Source of the DNA: an uncultured Eubacteriales bacterium
Lineage (GTDB): Bacteria; Acidobacteriota; Aminicenantia; Aminicenantales; Saccharicenantaceae
DNA length: 64,000 nt
Direction of reading: 5' to 3'
NCBI GenBank assembly: GCA_964523615.1
Contig: CAZFZU010000006.1
Location: 3,761-67,760 of the forward strand
Part shown: positions 1 to 8,195 of the stretch, piece by piece
How positions within the stretch are numbered: the stretch's first letter is position 1
Layout of the letters: each line of letters opens with the position of its first letter
Translations under genes and position numbers: made by a program
The notes under the pieces: generated by a model
What the model was told of the DNA's origin: nothing
Database searches by the model: none
Seen by the model: only the letters and a program-made list of their open reading frames with translations

Positions 1-518
1 GTCGGGGTGAGCTGGTCGAGCGTCTTCTCCTTGAGGTCGCGGCCGACGACCGAGATGATGCGGTCCATAATGCTGGACATCTTGTCGCGGGGCAGCCAGA
101 TCTCGCCCTTGTGGATGCCGCGGACGGCCTCGGGCAGCTGGGTCGAGGCGTCGTTGAGGTCGAAATAGCCGCGGGCCCCGGCGTTGATGAGGTTGACGAT
201 CTCCTCGTGGGCCGGGATGCTGCCGAGCAGGAGGAGCTCCGACCGGCCCTGGGTCTTGGAGATCTCGCGGATGGCCTTGCAGATCTCCCTCAGGTTGGGC
301 AGGGCTTCCATGTGGGCGAAGAGGATGACCTGGGGCTTGAGCTTCTTGATCGAGTCGATGAACGACTCGATGGTGTTCTTCTCGATGTTGAGGATCTCCA
401 GGTCCGGATCCGCCTCGAGGGCTCTGAGGATCCCGGCGAGGATGATGTCGGACGGGCAGAAGACGAGCAAAGTGATCTTCTGCGATCCGGCGGTCACGGG
501 AGCTTTCTTTTTCTCCAT
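1..518 (-). CDS. NarL/LuxR-family transcriptional regulator with atypical receiver domain (3' end truncated by window edge)
   Basis: Hand-translated open frame from ATG 518, absent from the ORF track because there is no stop in the window: MEKKKAPVTAGSQKITLLVFCPSDII...KPQVILFAHMEA...AGARGYFDLN...GIHKGEIWLPRDKM...LDQLTPT. REC-like fold followed by 'LTP', the start of a LuxR HTH. Confidence 0.8.
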   Translation of the reverse strand, partial: MEKKKAPVTAGSQKITLLVFCPSDIILAGILRALEADPDLEILNIEKNTIESFIDSIKKLKPQVILFAHMEALPNLREICKAIREISKTQGRSELLLLGSIPAHEEIVNLINAGARGYFDLNDASTQLPEAVRGIHKGEIWLPRDKMSSIMDRIISVVGRDLKEKTLDQLTP

Positions 519-581
519 GCTGGCCTCGGTCCCTTTGGGCGGTTTGGTTGATCTGTTGGGCTTGTCCATCGGGTTGCCGGA

Positions 582-610
582 ATCATAGTCAATCCCCGCG
601 GGCATGTCAA
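582..610 (-). promoter_or_regulatory. sigma70-like promoter for the LuxR-family gene
   Basis: Minus strand TTGACA-17 nt-TATGAT. Confidence 0.7.
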
Positions 611-643
611 GCCGGGGGGGTGAGAGGGGGTGAGACCGCCGTC

Positions 644-1042
644 CTACGCCGGCGGCAGGCTGTTCGGGTGGAGGCGGAAGCCGCGGTCGAGGCGGACGAC
701 CACGAACTGCTGGCGGTCGTTCTTCTCCTCGAAGCGGACGTAGACGACGGCGCCGGAGAGCACCAGGCGCAGCGGGCTCTCGAGGATGAGGGTGCGGGGG
801 ATGTCGAGGAAGAGGGTCAGCCGGGAGTCGATGGTCAAGCGGGCCTTGAGCCGGAGGGAGACCTCCTGGGCGCTGATGCCGCAGACGGCGGTCCGCTCCT
901 CGAACTTCCGCCCGGCCGCGTCGAGGCCCTTGACCAAGGCCGGCAGCGACAGCTCGAAGGAGCGCTCGCGCTTCCCGTTCCGCGGCGCGGCCGGGGAGGG
1001 CGGGGCCTGGAGGGATTTGACCATGTCCATCTCGTCACGCAT
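644..1042 (-). CDS. PilZ-like domain protein (degenerate c-di-GMP motifs)
   Basis: KRERSFELSLP...CGISAQE...LVLSGAVVYVR...VVVRL follows the PilZ beta-barrel pattern; paralog of 1167-1532. Confidence 0.6.
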   Translation of the reverse strand: MRDEMDMVKSLQAPPSPAAPRNGKRERSFELSLPALVKGLDAAGRKFEERTAVCGISAQEVSLRLKARLTIDSRLTLFLDIPRTLILESPLRLVLSGAVVYVRFEEKNDRQQFVVVRLDRGFRLHPNSLPPA

Positions 1043-1114
1043 TATCCCAGTCCGCGGCGCTCTCTTGCATCGCTCATTTCGGGGAATCGCGGGGTCAAAT
1101 TCGGCTTCCGGGAG

Positions 1115-1130
1115 TCACCCCTAGGGGCTA
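1115..1130. promoter_or_regulatory. 16-bp imperfect palindrome TCACCCCTAGGGGCTA (candidate TF site, copy 1)
   Basis: 14/16 match to consensus TCAYCCYTARGGRTGA; intergenic, upstream of PilZ-like gene 644-1042. Confidence 0.4.
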
Positions 1131-1166
1131 AGCGCGGCGGCCCGCAGCGGCCGGAGGCCGGCGCCC

Positions 1167-1532
1167 TCACGCGGCGTCCGCCTGGATGAGGTACCGGGAT
1201 TCCAGACGGAGGGCGACCTGAGAGGCCCGGTCCTCGCCCTCGACCGGGTCGACGTCGACGATGGTCCCCTTGACGACCAGGCGGAGGCTGCGGCCCTCGC
1301 CCAGCTTGGGGGGCAAGACGATGGCCAGCTTCAGCCGGGAGCCCAGGGAGACGGGGTTCCGCAGCGGGAAGAGGGCGCCCTGGTGGCTCATGAAGGCCAG
1401 GGTCGTCTCCTCGTGGAAGAACGCGCCGTCCGGATCGGGCCCCTCGACGGTCATGGGCAGGGAGAGCTTGAAGCCCCGCTCGGGCGGACGGTGCCGGACG
1501 GGCCGGGAAGCCCACGCGGTCCTGCTCGACAT
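1167..1532 (-). CDS. PilZ-like domain protein (degenerate c-di-GMP motifs)
   Basis: Start chosen at ATG 1532 after a purine-rich RBS (AAAGGAAAAGGA). RPPERGFKLSLP...FMSHQG...LVVKGTIVDV...VALRL. Confidence 0.6.
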   Translation of the reverse strand: MSSRTAWASRPVRHRPPERGFKLSLPMTVEGPDPDGAFFHEETTLAFMSHQGALFPLRNPVSLGSRLKLAIVLPPKLGEGRSLRLVVKGTIVDVDPVEGEDRASQVALRLESRYLIQADAA

Positions 1533-1597
1533 TTCGACTGTTCCTTTTCCTTTGAAATTGGCGCGTCCAGTGTCCCATGGGCCCCGGGACCGGTCAA

Positions 1598-1613
1598 TCA
1601 CCCCTAAGGATGA
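1598..1613. promoter_or_regulatory. 16-bp imperfect palindrome TCACCCCTAAGGATGA (candidate TF site, copy 2)
   Basis: Directly abuts a minus-strand TTGACC (1592-1597) with a weak -10 (GACACT) 17 nt further on; upstream of PilZ-like gene 1167-1532. Confidence 0.5.
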
Positions 1614-1630
1614 ACCGCCGGGGGATATTC

Positions 1631-1659
1631 TTGACAATCCCCGCGGCCGCCGCTAGAAT
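1631..1659 (+). promoter_or_regulatory. sigma70-like promoter for proS-pcm
   Basis: TTGACA-17 nt-TAGAAT, followed by an AAGGAG RBS. Confidence 0.8.
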
Positions 1660-1688
1660 CGTAAAACGCACAAATACAAGGAGATGTC

Positions 1689-3143
1689 GTGAACGACCAG
1701 GACCGGCAGGTGAAGAGCATCACGCCCAAGAGCGAGGATTTCTCGCGCTGGTATCAGGAGATCGTCCAGAAGGCCGAGCTGGCCGACTACACCCCGATGA
1801 AGGGCATGATGGTCATCCGGCCGTACGGCTACGCGGTCTGGGAGAACGTCCGGGACGCCCTCGACCGCCGCATCAAGGCGACCGGCCACGTCAACGCCTA
1901 TTTCCCGCTGTTCATCCCCGAGAGCTTCCTCAAGAAGGAGGCCGAGCACGTCGAGGGCTTCTCGCCCGAGGTCGCCTGGGTGACGGTCGGCGGGAAGGAG
2001 GAGCTGGAGGAGCGGCTGGCCGTCCGGCCGACCTCAGAGGCCATCATCGGGCACATGTACGCCAAGTGGGTCAAGTCCTGGCGCGACCTGCCCGTCCTCG
2101 TCAACCAGTGGGCCAACATCGTCCGCTGGGAGAAGGTCACCCGGCCGTTCCTGCGGACGACGGAGTTCCTCTGGCAGGAGGGCCACACCTGCCACGAGAC
2201 GGCCGAGGAAGGCGAGGCCGAGACGCTGCGCATCCTCGATCTCTACCGGGACGTCTGCGAGTCGGAGCTGGCCATCCCCGTGCTGGCCGGACGCAAGTCG
2301 CTGTCCGAGAAGTTCGCCGGCGCCTCCATGACCTACGCCCTCGAGGCCCTGATGTCCGACGGCAAGGCCCTGCAGATGGGCACCTCGCACAATCTGGGCC
2401 AGCATTTTTCCAAGGCCTTCGACATCAAGTTCGAGGACCGCAACCAGACCCTCCAATACGTCTGGCAGACGTCCTGGGGCATGACGACGCGGACGATCGG
2501 GGCCCTGATCATGGTCCACGGCGACGACTCGGGCCTGCGTTTCCCGCCCCGCGTCGCGCCCGTCCAGGCCGTGGTCGTGCCCATCTCCGTCGGCAACTGG
2601 AAGGAGACCGTCCTGCCGGCCGCCGAAGGCGTCGTCCGGGACCTTCGCGCGGCCGGCCTGCGCGTCGCGATCGACGCCCGCGAGGAGGCCACGCCGGGCT
2701 GGAAGTTCGCCGAATACGAGATGCGCGGGGTGCCGCTGCGGATCGAGATCGGGCCGCGCGACGTCAAGGCCGGCCAAGCCGTCCTGGTCCGCCGCGACCT
2801 CAAGACCAAGGAGGCCGCGCCGCTGGCCTCGTTGGCGGCCCGCGTCCCGGCCCTGCTCGACGCCATCCAGGCCGAGCTCTTGGCCCAGGCCCGGGCCTTC
2901 CTCGAGGCCAATATCCGCGACGCCTCCGATTACGAGGCCTTCAAGGCCATCCTGGAGAACGAGCGTGGCTTCGTCCGGGCGCCCTGGTGCGGCGGCGAGG
3001 CCTGCGAGAGCCGGATCAAGGCCGAGACCATGGCCACGATCCGGGTCATCCCGCTCGACGAGGCCGAAGCGAGGACGGAGCGCCCCTGCGTCGCCTGCGG
3101 CGCCGCGGGCCAGGCGCTGGCCTACTTCGCCCGATCCTACTGA
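1689..3143 (+). CDS. proS: Proline--tRNA ligase (archaeal/eukaryote-type ProRS)
   Basis: FSRWYQEIVQKAELADY, RPTSE, FLRTTEFLWQEGHT, LQMGTSH motifs; C-terminal Cys-rich domain and terminal Tyr (FARSY). Confidence 0.97.
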   Translation: MNDQDRQVKSITPKSEDFSRWYQEIVQKAELADYTPMKGMMVIRPYGYAVWENVRDALDRRIKATGHVNAYFPLFIPESFLKKEAEHVEGFSPEVAWVTVGGKEELEERLAVRPTSEAIIGHMYAKWVKSWRDLPVLVNQWANIVRWEKVTRPFLRTTEFLWQEGHTCHETAEEGEAETLRILDLYRDVCESELAIPVLAGRKSLSEKFAGASMTYALEALMSDGKALQMGTSHNLGQHFSKAFDIKFEDRNQTLQYVWQTSWGMTTRTIGALIMVHGDDSGLRFPPRVAPVQAVVVPISVGNWKETVLPAAEGVVRDLRAAGLRVAIDAREEATPGWKFAEYEMRGVPLRIEIGPRDVKAGQAVLVRRDLKTKEAAPLASLAARVPALLDAIQAELLAQARAFLEANIRDASDYEAFKAILENERGFVRAPWCGGEACESRIKAETMATIRVIPLDEAEARTERPCVACGAAGQALAYFARSY

Positions 3144-3162
3144 ACGAGGAGGGCGGCCGCCC

Positions 3163-3789
3163 GTGTCCGAGGACTTCGCGCGCCTGCGCCGGCTGATGGT
3201 CGAGACCCAGATCCGGGCCCGGGGCGTCCGGGATCCGCGCGTCCTGGCGGCCATGGCCAAGGTCCCCCGCCATCTGTTCGTGCCCGAGGACCTGCGGGCC
3301 CGGGCCTACGCCGACGAGCCCCTGCCGATCGGCGAGGGCCAGACCATCTCCCAACCTTATATCGTCGCCTACATGACGGAGGCCCTGGGCCTGAAGGGCG
3401 GGGAGCGGGTCCTCGAGATCGGCACGGGCTCGGGCTACCAGGCGGCCGTGCTGGCCGAGCTCGCCGGCGGGGTCTGGACGGTCGAGCTCCTCGGGGCCCT
3501 GTCCCGGCGGGCCCGGGCCGTCCTCGACGGCCTCGGCTACGGCCGCGTCCATTACCGCGTCGGCAACGGCTGGGACGGCTGGCCGGAGGAGGCGCCGTTC
3601 GACGCCATCGTGGTCACCGCGGCCGCTTCCGAGGTCCCCGCCGCGCTCGAGGCCCAGCTCGCGGCCGGGGGACGCATGGTCCTGCCCGTCGGCACCGTTT
3701 TCCAGGAGCTCGTGTTGGTGCGCCGGCTCAAGAGCGGCTACGCGCGGGACAAGCTCCTGCCCGTGCGCTTCGTGCCGCTCGTCCGCTGA
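3163..3789 (+). CDS. pcm: Protein-L-isoaspartate O-methyltransferase
   Basis: GTG start after GAGGAGG; VPRHLFVP, GQTISQP, VLEIGTGSGYQAA, APFDAI, VRFVPL. Confidence 0.95.
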   Translation: MSEDFARLRRLMVETQIRARGVRDPRVLAAMAKVPRHLFVPEDLRARAYADEPLPIGEGQTISQPYIVAYMTEALGLKGGERVLEIGTGSGYQAAVLAELAGGVWTVELLGALSRRARAVLDGLGYGRVHYRVGNGWDGWPEEAPFDAIVVTAAASEVPAALEAQLAAGGRMVLPVGTVFQELVLVRRLKSGYARDKLLPVRFVPLVR

Positions 3790-3810
3790 GCCCGGGTTCC
3801 GCCGGGCGCC

Positions 3811-4356
3811 TCAGTCCTTCTCGCCGTAATACCGGACCTTGGGGGGCTTCTTGGGGTCCGAACCGAAAAAGAACAGCCACTTGTCGTGGCTCTCCTGGTC
3901 GTTCCAGATCTTGACCGACGTGTTCGTCGAGGTGCTGACGACGCCGAGGACCTGCGGGTTCTTGATGGCCGGCAGGACCCGTTCGGGGGCGATCAGGACC
4001 TCGGCGGCCGCTTCCTTGCCGCCGGGGACCCGGCCCGAGGCCAGGACGACGTTCCACTCGCCGTCGGGGCTGAACGGGTCCCGGTAGAGGCGCCGGAGGC
4101 ACTTCTTCTCGAGAAGCTCCTTGAGGCTGGCCGGGAACTTGCCGGGATTCTTCTGGACGAACAGGCGGACGGCCTCGGCGTACTGCCCGCCGCGGAAGAT
4201 GAGCTCCTCTTCCTTCTCGCGCTGGACCTCGGTCTGCCAGACCGGCAGGGCCGTGAGCAGGGCCAGGCTGATGACGAGCACGGCCAGGGCCAGGATGATC
4301 AGGACGTAGCCGGGCCGGCCGGCCGGCCCGTCACCAGGTGTTGTAAGGGGAGCCAT
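3811..4356 (-). CDS. Type II secretion pseudopilin-like protein (lacks Glu5, GspK-like)
   Basis: Prepilin-like site RPG/YVLII followed by a hydrophobic helix; QREKEEELIFRG; LRRLYRDP. Confidence 0.7.
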   Translation of the reverse strand: MAPLTTPGDGPAGRPGYVLIILALAVLVISLALLTALPVWQTEVQREKEEELIFRGGQYAEAVRLFVQKNPGKFPASLKELLEKKCLRRLYRDPFSPDGEWNVVLASGRVPGGKEAAAEVLIAPERVLPAIKNPQVLGVVSTSTNTSVKIWNDQESHDKWLFFFGSDPKKPPKVRYYGEKD

Positions 4357-4777
4357 CGATGGGCGACTTGCCTTCCGAGCCGGACTTGACGTCGACGATC
4401 CCCGGGACCTCGTTGAGCATGGGGTCCTCGGGGGAGGGGAGCTCGCGGACCTCGACCCAGGTCGTGGACTGGTTGGTCATCGGATCGACCGGGATGGCCC
4501 GGAGGTAGCTGTCCTGGACCAGGGCCTGGAGCCCGGCCGGGTACTTGCCCTTGTCCATGGCGTACTGGTCGATGAGCTTGCGCAGGATGAACAGGTTCTC
4601 CTTGAGGACGGCTTCCTTGGCCTTGACCGTCGAGGCCTTGTAGTTGGGCAGGGCGATGCCCAGGAGGAGGCCGATGATGCCCAGGACGATGATGAGCTCG
4701 ATGAGGGTGAAGCCGCGCTCACCAGTCCTTGTAGAAGGTCCCGTCGAGGGCCTTGGCCGGGCTTTTGGTGTAGACAT
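4331..4777 (-). CDS. GspG-like pseudopilin
   Basis: RG/FTLIEL N-methylation motif; GKYP..L..LV...YLRAIPVDP. Confidence 0.85.
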   Translation of the reverse strand: MSTPKARPRPSTGPSTRTGERGFTLIELIIVLGIIGLLLGIALPNYKASTVKAKEAVLKENLFILRKLIDQYAMDKGKYPAGLQALVQDSYLRAIPVDPMTNQSTTWVEVRELPSPEDPMLNEVPGIVDVKSGSEGKSPIDGSPYNTW

Positions 4778-5204
4778 CGTAGACGTTCTCCTCTCCCCAG
4801 ACGTCGTCGTCGGGATCGTCCTGGTAGGATCGCAGGCCCCAGTCGAAGGAGTTGGTCATGGGGTCGATGGGGACGCGGCGGAGGAAGCGGACGACCCGCT
4901 TGCGGCCCGAGCCCTGGCCCTTGGCGTCCTTGTCCTCGACCTCGACGCCTTTGACCAGGTCCTCGAGGGTGGGCGGATAGCCCTCGGTGTCCTTGTCGAA
5001 CTCGAACTTCTTCTCGTCGGCCAGCTTCTTCCAGGCGTCGATGGCCTCGCGCATCTGGCGCAGGGCCCGGGACAGCTGGACCTCGTTGTCGCGCTTGACG
5101 GCCATCTTGCCGAACGGCAGGGCGGCCATGGCCAGGACGGCGACGATCGAGAGGGTGATGATCATCTCGATCAGGGTGAAGCCGCGGGCGTTCCGATGGC
5201 GCAC
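4719..5204 (-). CDS. GspG-like pseudopilin
   Basis: RG/FTLIEM motif; GYPPTLEDLV; FLRRVPIDP; NVYDVYTKS. Confidence 0.85.
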   Translation of the reverse strand: MRHRNARGFTLIEMIITLSIVAVLAMAALPFGKMAVKRDNEVQLSRALRQMREAIDAWKKLADEKKFEFDKDTEGYPPTLEDLVKGVEVEDKDAKGQGSGRKRVVRFLRRVPIDPMTNSFDWGLRSYQDDPDDDVWGEENVYDVYTKSPAKALDGTFYKDW

Positions 5205-5247
5205 GTTCGCTCCCCGCCCCCGCGCCGGCCGCGGGGGCTCCTCCCGG

Positions 5248-5275
5248 ATTATAGGCCGAAGGCCGGGGAAATCAA
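5248..5275 (-). promoter_or_regulatory. Promoter for the pseudopilin trio, overlapping the pnp stop codon
   Basis: TTGATT-16 nt-TATAAT on the minus strand. Confidence 0.5.
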
Positions 5276-7464
5276 TACCGGCCGCGTCCGCCGCGGTCGC
5301 GTCCGCCCCGGCGGTCCGGGCCGTGGTCGCGGGACGGGCGCTGGGGCTCCGGGCGCGGCGTCGACTCGGGGTTCTCGCCGCCGCCCGGCTCGCAGGCCTT
5401 CTTGCTCAGCCGGATCTTGTTGTCGGCCGGGTCGATGCTGACGACCTTGACCGTCACCGTGTCGCCCAGGTGGAGGACGTCGTGGATGCTGGCGATGCGG
5501 TAGGGGGCGACCTCGGAGATGTGCAGCAGGCCGACCAGGTTGGGCATGATCTCGACGAAGGCCCCGTACTCCTCGAGCCGGACGATCTTGCCGGTGTAGG
5601 TCTGGCCGAGCTCGGCCTCGGCCGTCAGGTCGAGGATCATCTGCTTGGCCGCCTCGGCGGCCGACATGTCGGTCGAGGCGATGAGGATCTTGCCGTCCTC
5701 CTCGATGTCGATCTTGGCCCCGGTCTGGCTGACGATCTTCTTGATGATCTTGCCGGCGGGGCCGATGACCTCGCCGACCTTCTCGGGATTGATGTTGAGG
5801 ATGAGGATGCGCGGCGCGTAGACGGAGATGTCCGGGCGCGGCGCGGCGATGGTCTCCGTCATGCGGGCCAGGACCTTGAGCCGGGCGGCCTTGGACTTGG
5901 CCATGATCTCGCGGAGCATGGGCAGCGTGACACAGGCGATCTTGAGGTCGAGCTGGATGGCCGTGACGCCCTTCTCGGTGCCGGCCATCTTGAAGTCCAT
6001 GTCGCCGAAGTGGTCTTCCAGGCCGGCGATGTCGGTCAGGATGGCGTAGGGGCCGTCCGCGGAGGTGACCAGGCCCATGGCGATGCCGGCCACGATCATC
6101 TTGAGGGGCACGCCGGCGTCCATCAGGGCCAGGATGCCGCCGCAGACGGTGGCCTGAGAAGAAGAGCCGTTGCTCTCCAGGATGTCGGAGACGATGCGGA
6201 TGGTGTAGGGGAAGGTCTCGATGTCGGGGATGGCCGGCAGGATGGACTTCTCGGCCAGGGCGCCGTGCCCGATCTCGCGGCGGCCGGGGGCCCTCAGGAA
6301 GCCGACCTCGCCGACCGAGAAGGACGGGAAGTTGTAGTGGAGCATGAAGCGCTTCTTCGATTCCTCGCCCAGGCTGTCGAGCCGCTGGGCGTCCTCGAAG
6401 GTGCCCAGGGTGACGGTGGCCAGGGCCTGCGTCTCGCCGCGGGTGAACAGGGCCGAGCCGTGGGTCCGGGTCAGCAGCCCGACCTCGGCCGTGATGGGCC
6501 GGATGTCGTCGAAACCGCGGCCGTCGGTCCGCAGGTTCTTCTTGAGGACGAGCTCGCGGAAGAGCTTCTCCTCGAGCTTGGAGAACAGCCCCTTGAGCTC
6601 GAGCTTGTCCTCGGGCTTGTCCTCGGGGACGGCGGCCAGGGCGGCCTCGCGGACCGCGAACAGGGCGGCCTCGCTGGCCTTCTTGCCCTTGACCTGCATG
6701 GCCTCGAGCAGGGCCGGGCCGTGCTCGCGCTCGACCCGGGCCAGCTTCTCGGCGTCCACGGGCTTGACGGTGAAGGCCCGCTTCTTGATGCCGAGCTGGG
6801 CGAAGAGGTCCTTCTGGGCCTTGATGATGCGCTGGTTCTCGCGGTGGGCCAGCTCCAGGCCCTCGAGGACGAGGTCCTCGCCGATCTCCTGGGCGCCGGC
6901 CTCGATCATGATGACGCCGTCCTCGTTGCTGACGACGGTCATGTTGAGCGGGCTGCGGTCGAGCTCCTTGTCGGTCGGGTTGACGGCGAGGGCGCCGTCG
7001 ACGAGGCCGACCTTGACGGCGCCGAGGGGCGTCGTGAAGGGGATGTCGGAGAAGTACAGGGCGCAGGAGGCGCCGATGACGCCGAGCGTGTCGGGCTCGC
7101 TCTCGAGGTCGGCCGACAGGAGCAGGCCGACGATCTGGGTGTCGTAGAAGTAGCCCTCGGGGAAGAGCGGCCGGATGGGCCGGTCGATCAGGCGGGCCAT
7201 GAGGATCTCCCGCTCCGAGGGCCGGCCCTCGCGCTTGAAGAAGCCGCCGGGGATCTTGCCGGCCGCGTAGGTGTTCTCGCGGTAATCGACGATGAGGGGC
7301 AGGAAGTCCTTGCCCTCCTTGAGCTCCTTGCGGGACGTGGCCGTGACCAGCATCATCGTGTCGCCGTAGCGGACGACGGCCGAGCCGTCGGCCTGCTTGG
7401 CGATCCGGCCGATCTCGACGCTGAGGGTCCTCTTGTTGATCTCTAGACTGATAGTGTGGGACAT
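5272..7464 (-). CDS. pnp: Polyribonucleotide nucleotidyltransferase
   Basis: GGFFKREGRP, HGSALFTRGETQ, RREIGHG, ESNGSSS, GDMDFK; KH and S1 domains; directly downstream of rpsO. Confidence 0.98.
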   Translation of the reverse strand: MSHTISLEINKRTLSVEIGRIAKQADGSAVVRYGDTMMLVTATSRKELKEGKDFLPLIVDYRENTYAAGKIPGGFFKREGRPSEREILMARLIDRPIRPLFPEGYFYDTQIVGLLLSADLESEPDTLGVIGASCALYFSDIPFTTPLGAVKVGLVDGALAVNPTDKELDRSPLNMTVVSNEDGVIMIEAGAQEIGEDLVLEGLELAHRENQRIIKAQKDLFAQLGIKKRAFTVKPVDAEKLARVEREHGPALLEAMQVKGKKASEAALFAVREAALAAVPEDKPEDKLELKGLFSKLEEKLFRELVLKKNLRTDGRGFDDIRPITAEVGLLTRTHGSALFTRGETQALATVTLGTFEDAQRLDSLGEESKKRFMLHYNFPSFSVGEVGFLRAPGRREIGHGALAEKSILPAIPDIETFPYTIRIVSDILESNGSSSQATVCGGILALMDAGVPLKMIVAGIAMGLVTSADGPYAILTDIAGLEDHFGDMDFKMAGTEKGVTAIQLDLKIACVTLPMLREIMAKSKAARLKVLARMTETIAAPRPDISVYAPRILILNINPEKVGEVIGPAGKIIKKIVSQTGAKIDIEEDGKILIASTDMSAAEAAKQMILDLTAEAELGQTYTGKIVRLEEYGAFVEIMPNLVGLLHISEVAPYRIASIHDVLHLGDTVTVKVVSIDPADNKIRLSKKACEPGGGENPESTPRPEPQRPSRDHGPDRRGGRDRGGRGRY

Positions 7465-7488
7465 GGGGGTTTCCTTTGGAGGCGGGGC

Positions 7489-7755
7489 CTACTTGCGCAG
7501 GCCGAGCTTCTGGATGAGCTTTTCGTAGCGGCCGACATCGTTCTTCTTGATGTACTCGAGGAGCCGCTTTCTCTGGCCGACGAGCTTCATGAGGCCGGCC
7601 CGGGAATGGAAGTCCTTCTTGTGGTCGCCGAAGTGCTTGACGAGCAGGTTGATCCGCTCGGTCAACAGGGCCACCTGGACCTCGGGCGAGCCCGAATCCG
7701 TCGGGTGGGCCTGGTTCTCCTTGACGATCTTCGTTTTCTGTTCCTTGCTAATCAC
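7489..7755 (-). CDS. rpsO: 30S ribosomal protein S15
   Basis: [29 protein letters not shown]; GTG start with AGGAG RBS. Confidence 0.98.
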   Translation of the reverse strand: MISKEQKTKIVKENQAHPTDSGSPEVQVALLTERINLLVKHFGDHKKDFHSRAGLMKLVGQRKRLLEYIKKNDVGRYEKLIQKLGLRK

Positions 7756-7788
7756 GCGTGTTGTTCTCCTGATGTTTTTTTCCGGCCC

Positions 7789-7817
7789 ATTTTAACAGAA
7801 AAGCGGCGGAATGACAA
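7789..7817 (-). promoter_or_regulatory. sigma70-like promoter for rpsO-pnp
   Basis: TTGTCA-17 nt-TAAAAT with extended -10 TG. Confidence 0.75.
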
Positions 7818-7863
7818 CACAGTCTTCGGTTTGCGGGCGGAAAAGAGGGGAGGGGCCGGGCCG

Positions 7864-8025
7864 TCAGCCGGCCAGGGCCTTCTTGCGGGCCTGGAGCTGG
7901 CGGGCGTACTTGGAGGTCAGGTTGCCCTGCTTCTCCCGGCACTCGGCCAGCTTGGCCTCGATCTCGCCCGGGGTCAGGGTGTTCATCTTCTTGCGCTTCT
8001 TGGCGTCTTTCTTCTCGTCGGCCAT
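7864..8025 (-). CDS. Small lysine-rich hypothetical protein (53 aa), below the ORF-track cutoff
   Basis: MADEKKDAKKRKKMNTLTPGEIEAKLAECREKQGNLTSKYARQLQARKKALAG; AAAGGA RBS, GC-ending codons, own promoter at 8080-8108. Confidence 0.75.
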   Translation of the reverse strand: MADEKKDAKKRKKMNTLTPGEIEAKLAECREKQGNLTSKYARQLQARKKALAG

Positions 8026-8079
8026 GGCTCGTTCCTTTCGGTGTGTCTCGGGCCGGCCGTCCGGGGACCGAGGAACGAT

Positions 8080-8108
8080 ACTCTACCAGAAAGTCGCGGC
8101 CGAGGCAA
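8080..8108 (-). promoter_or_regulatory. Promoter for the 53-aa ORF
   Basis: TTGCCT-17 nt-TAGAGT with TG extension. Confidence 0.6.
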
Positions 8109-8195
8109 ACCGGACGCCCGCCGTGTCGCCCGCCGGCGCGGCCGCGGGTTGCCGGGAACGGGGCGTTTGGACTATCATGCCCGGGAGGTGAACCC

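Noticed and set aside
4311-4328. GGCC tandem run and similar short GC palindromes throughout
   Set aside because: Expected at this GC content and in frame within coding sequence.
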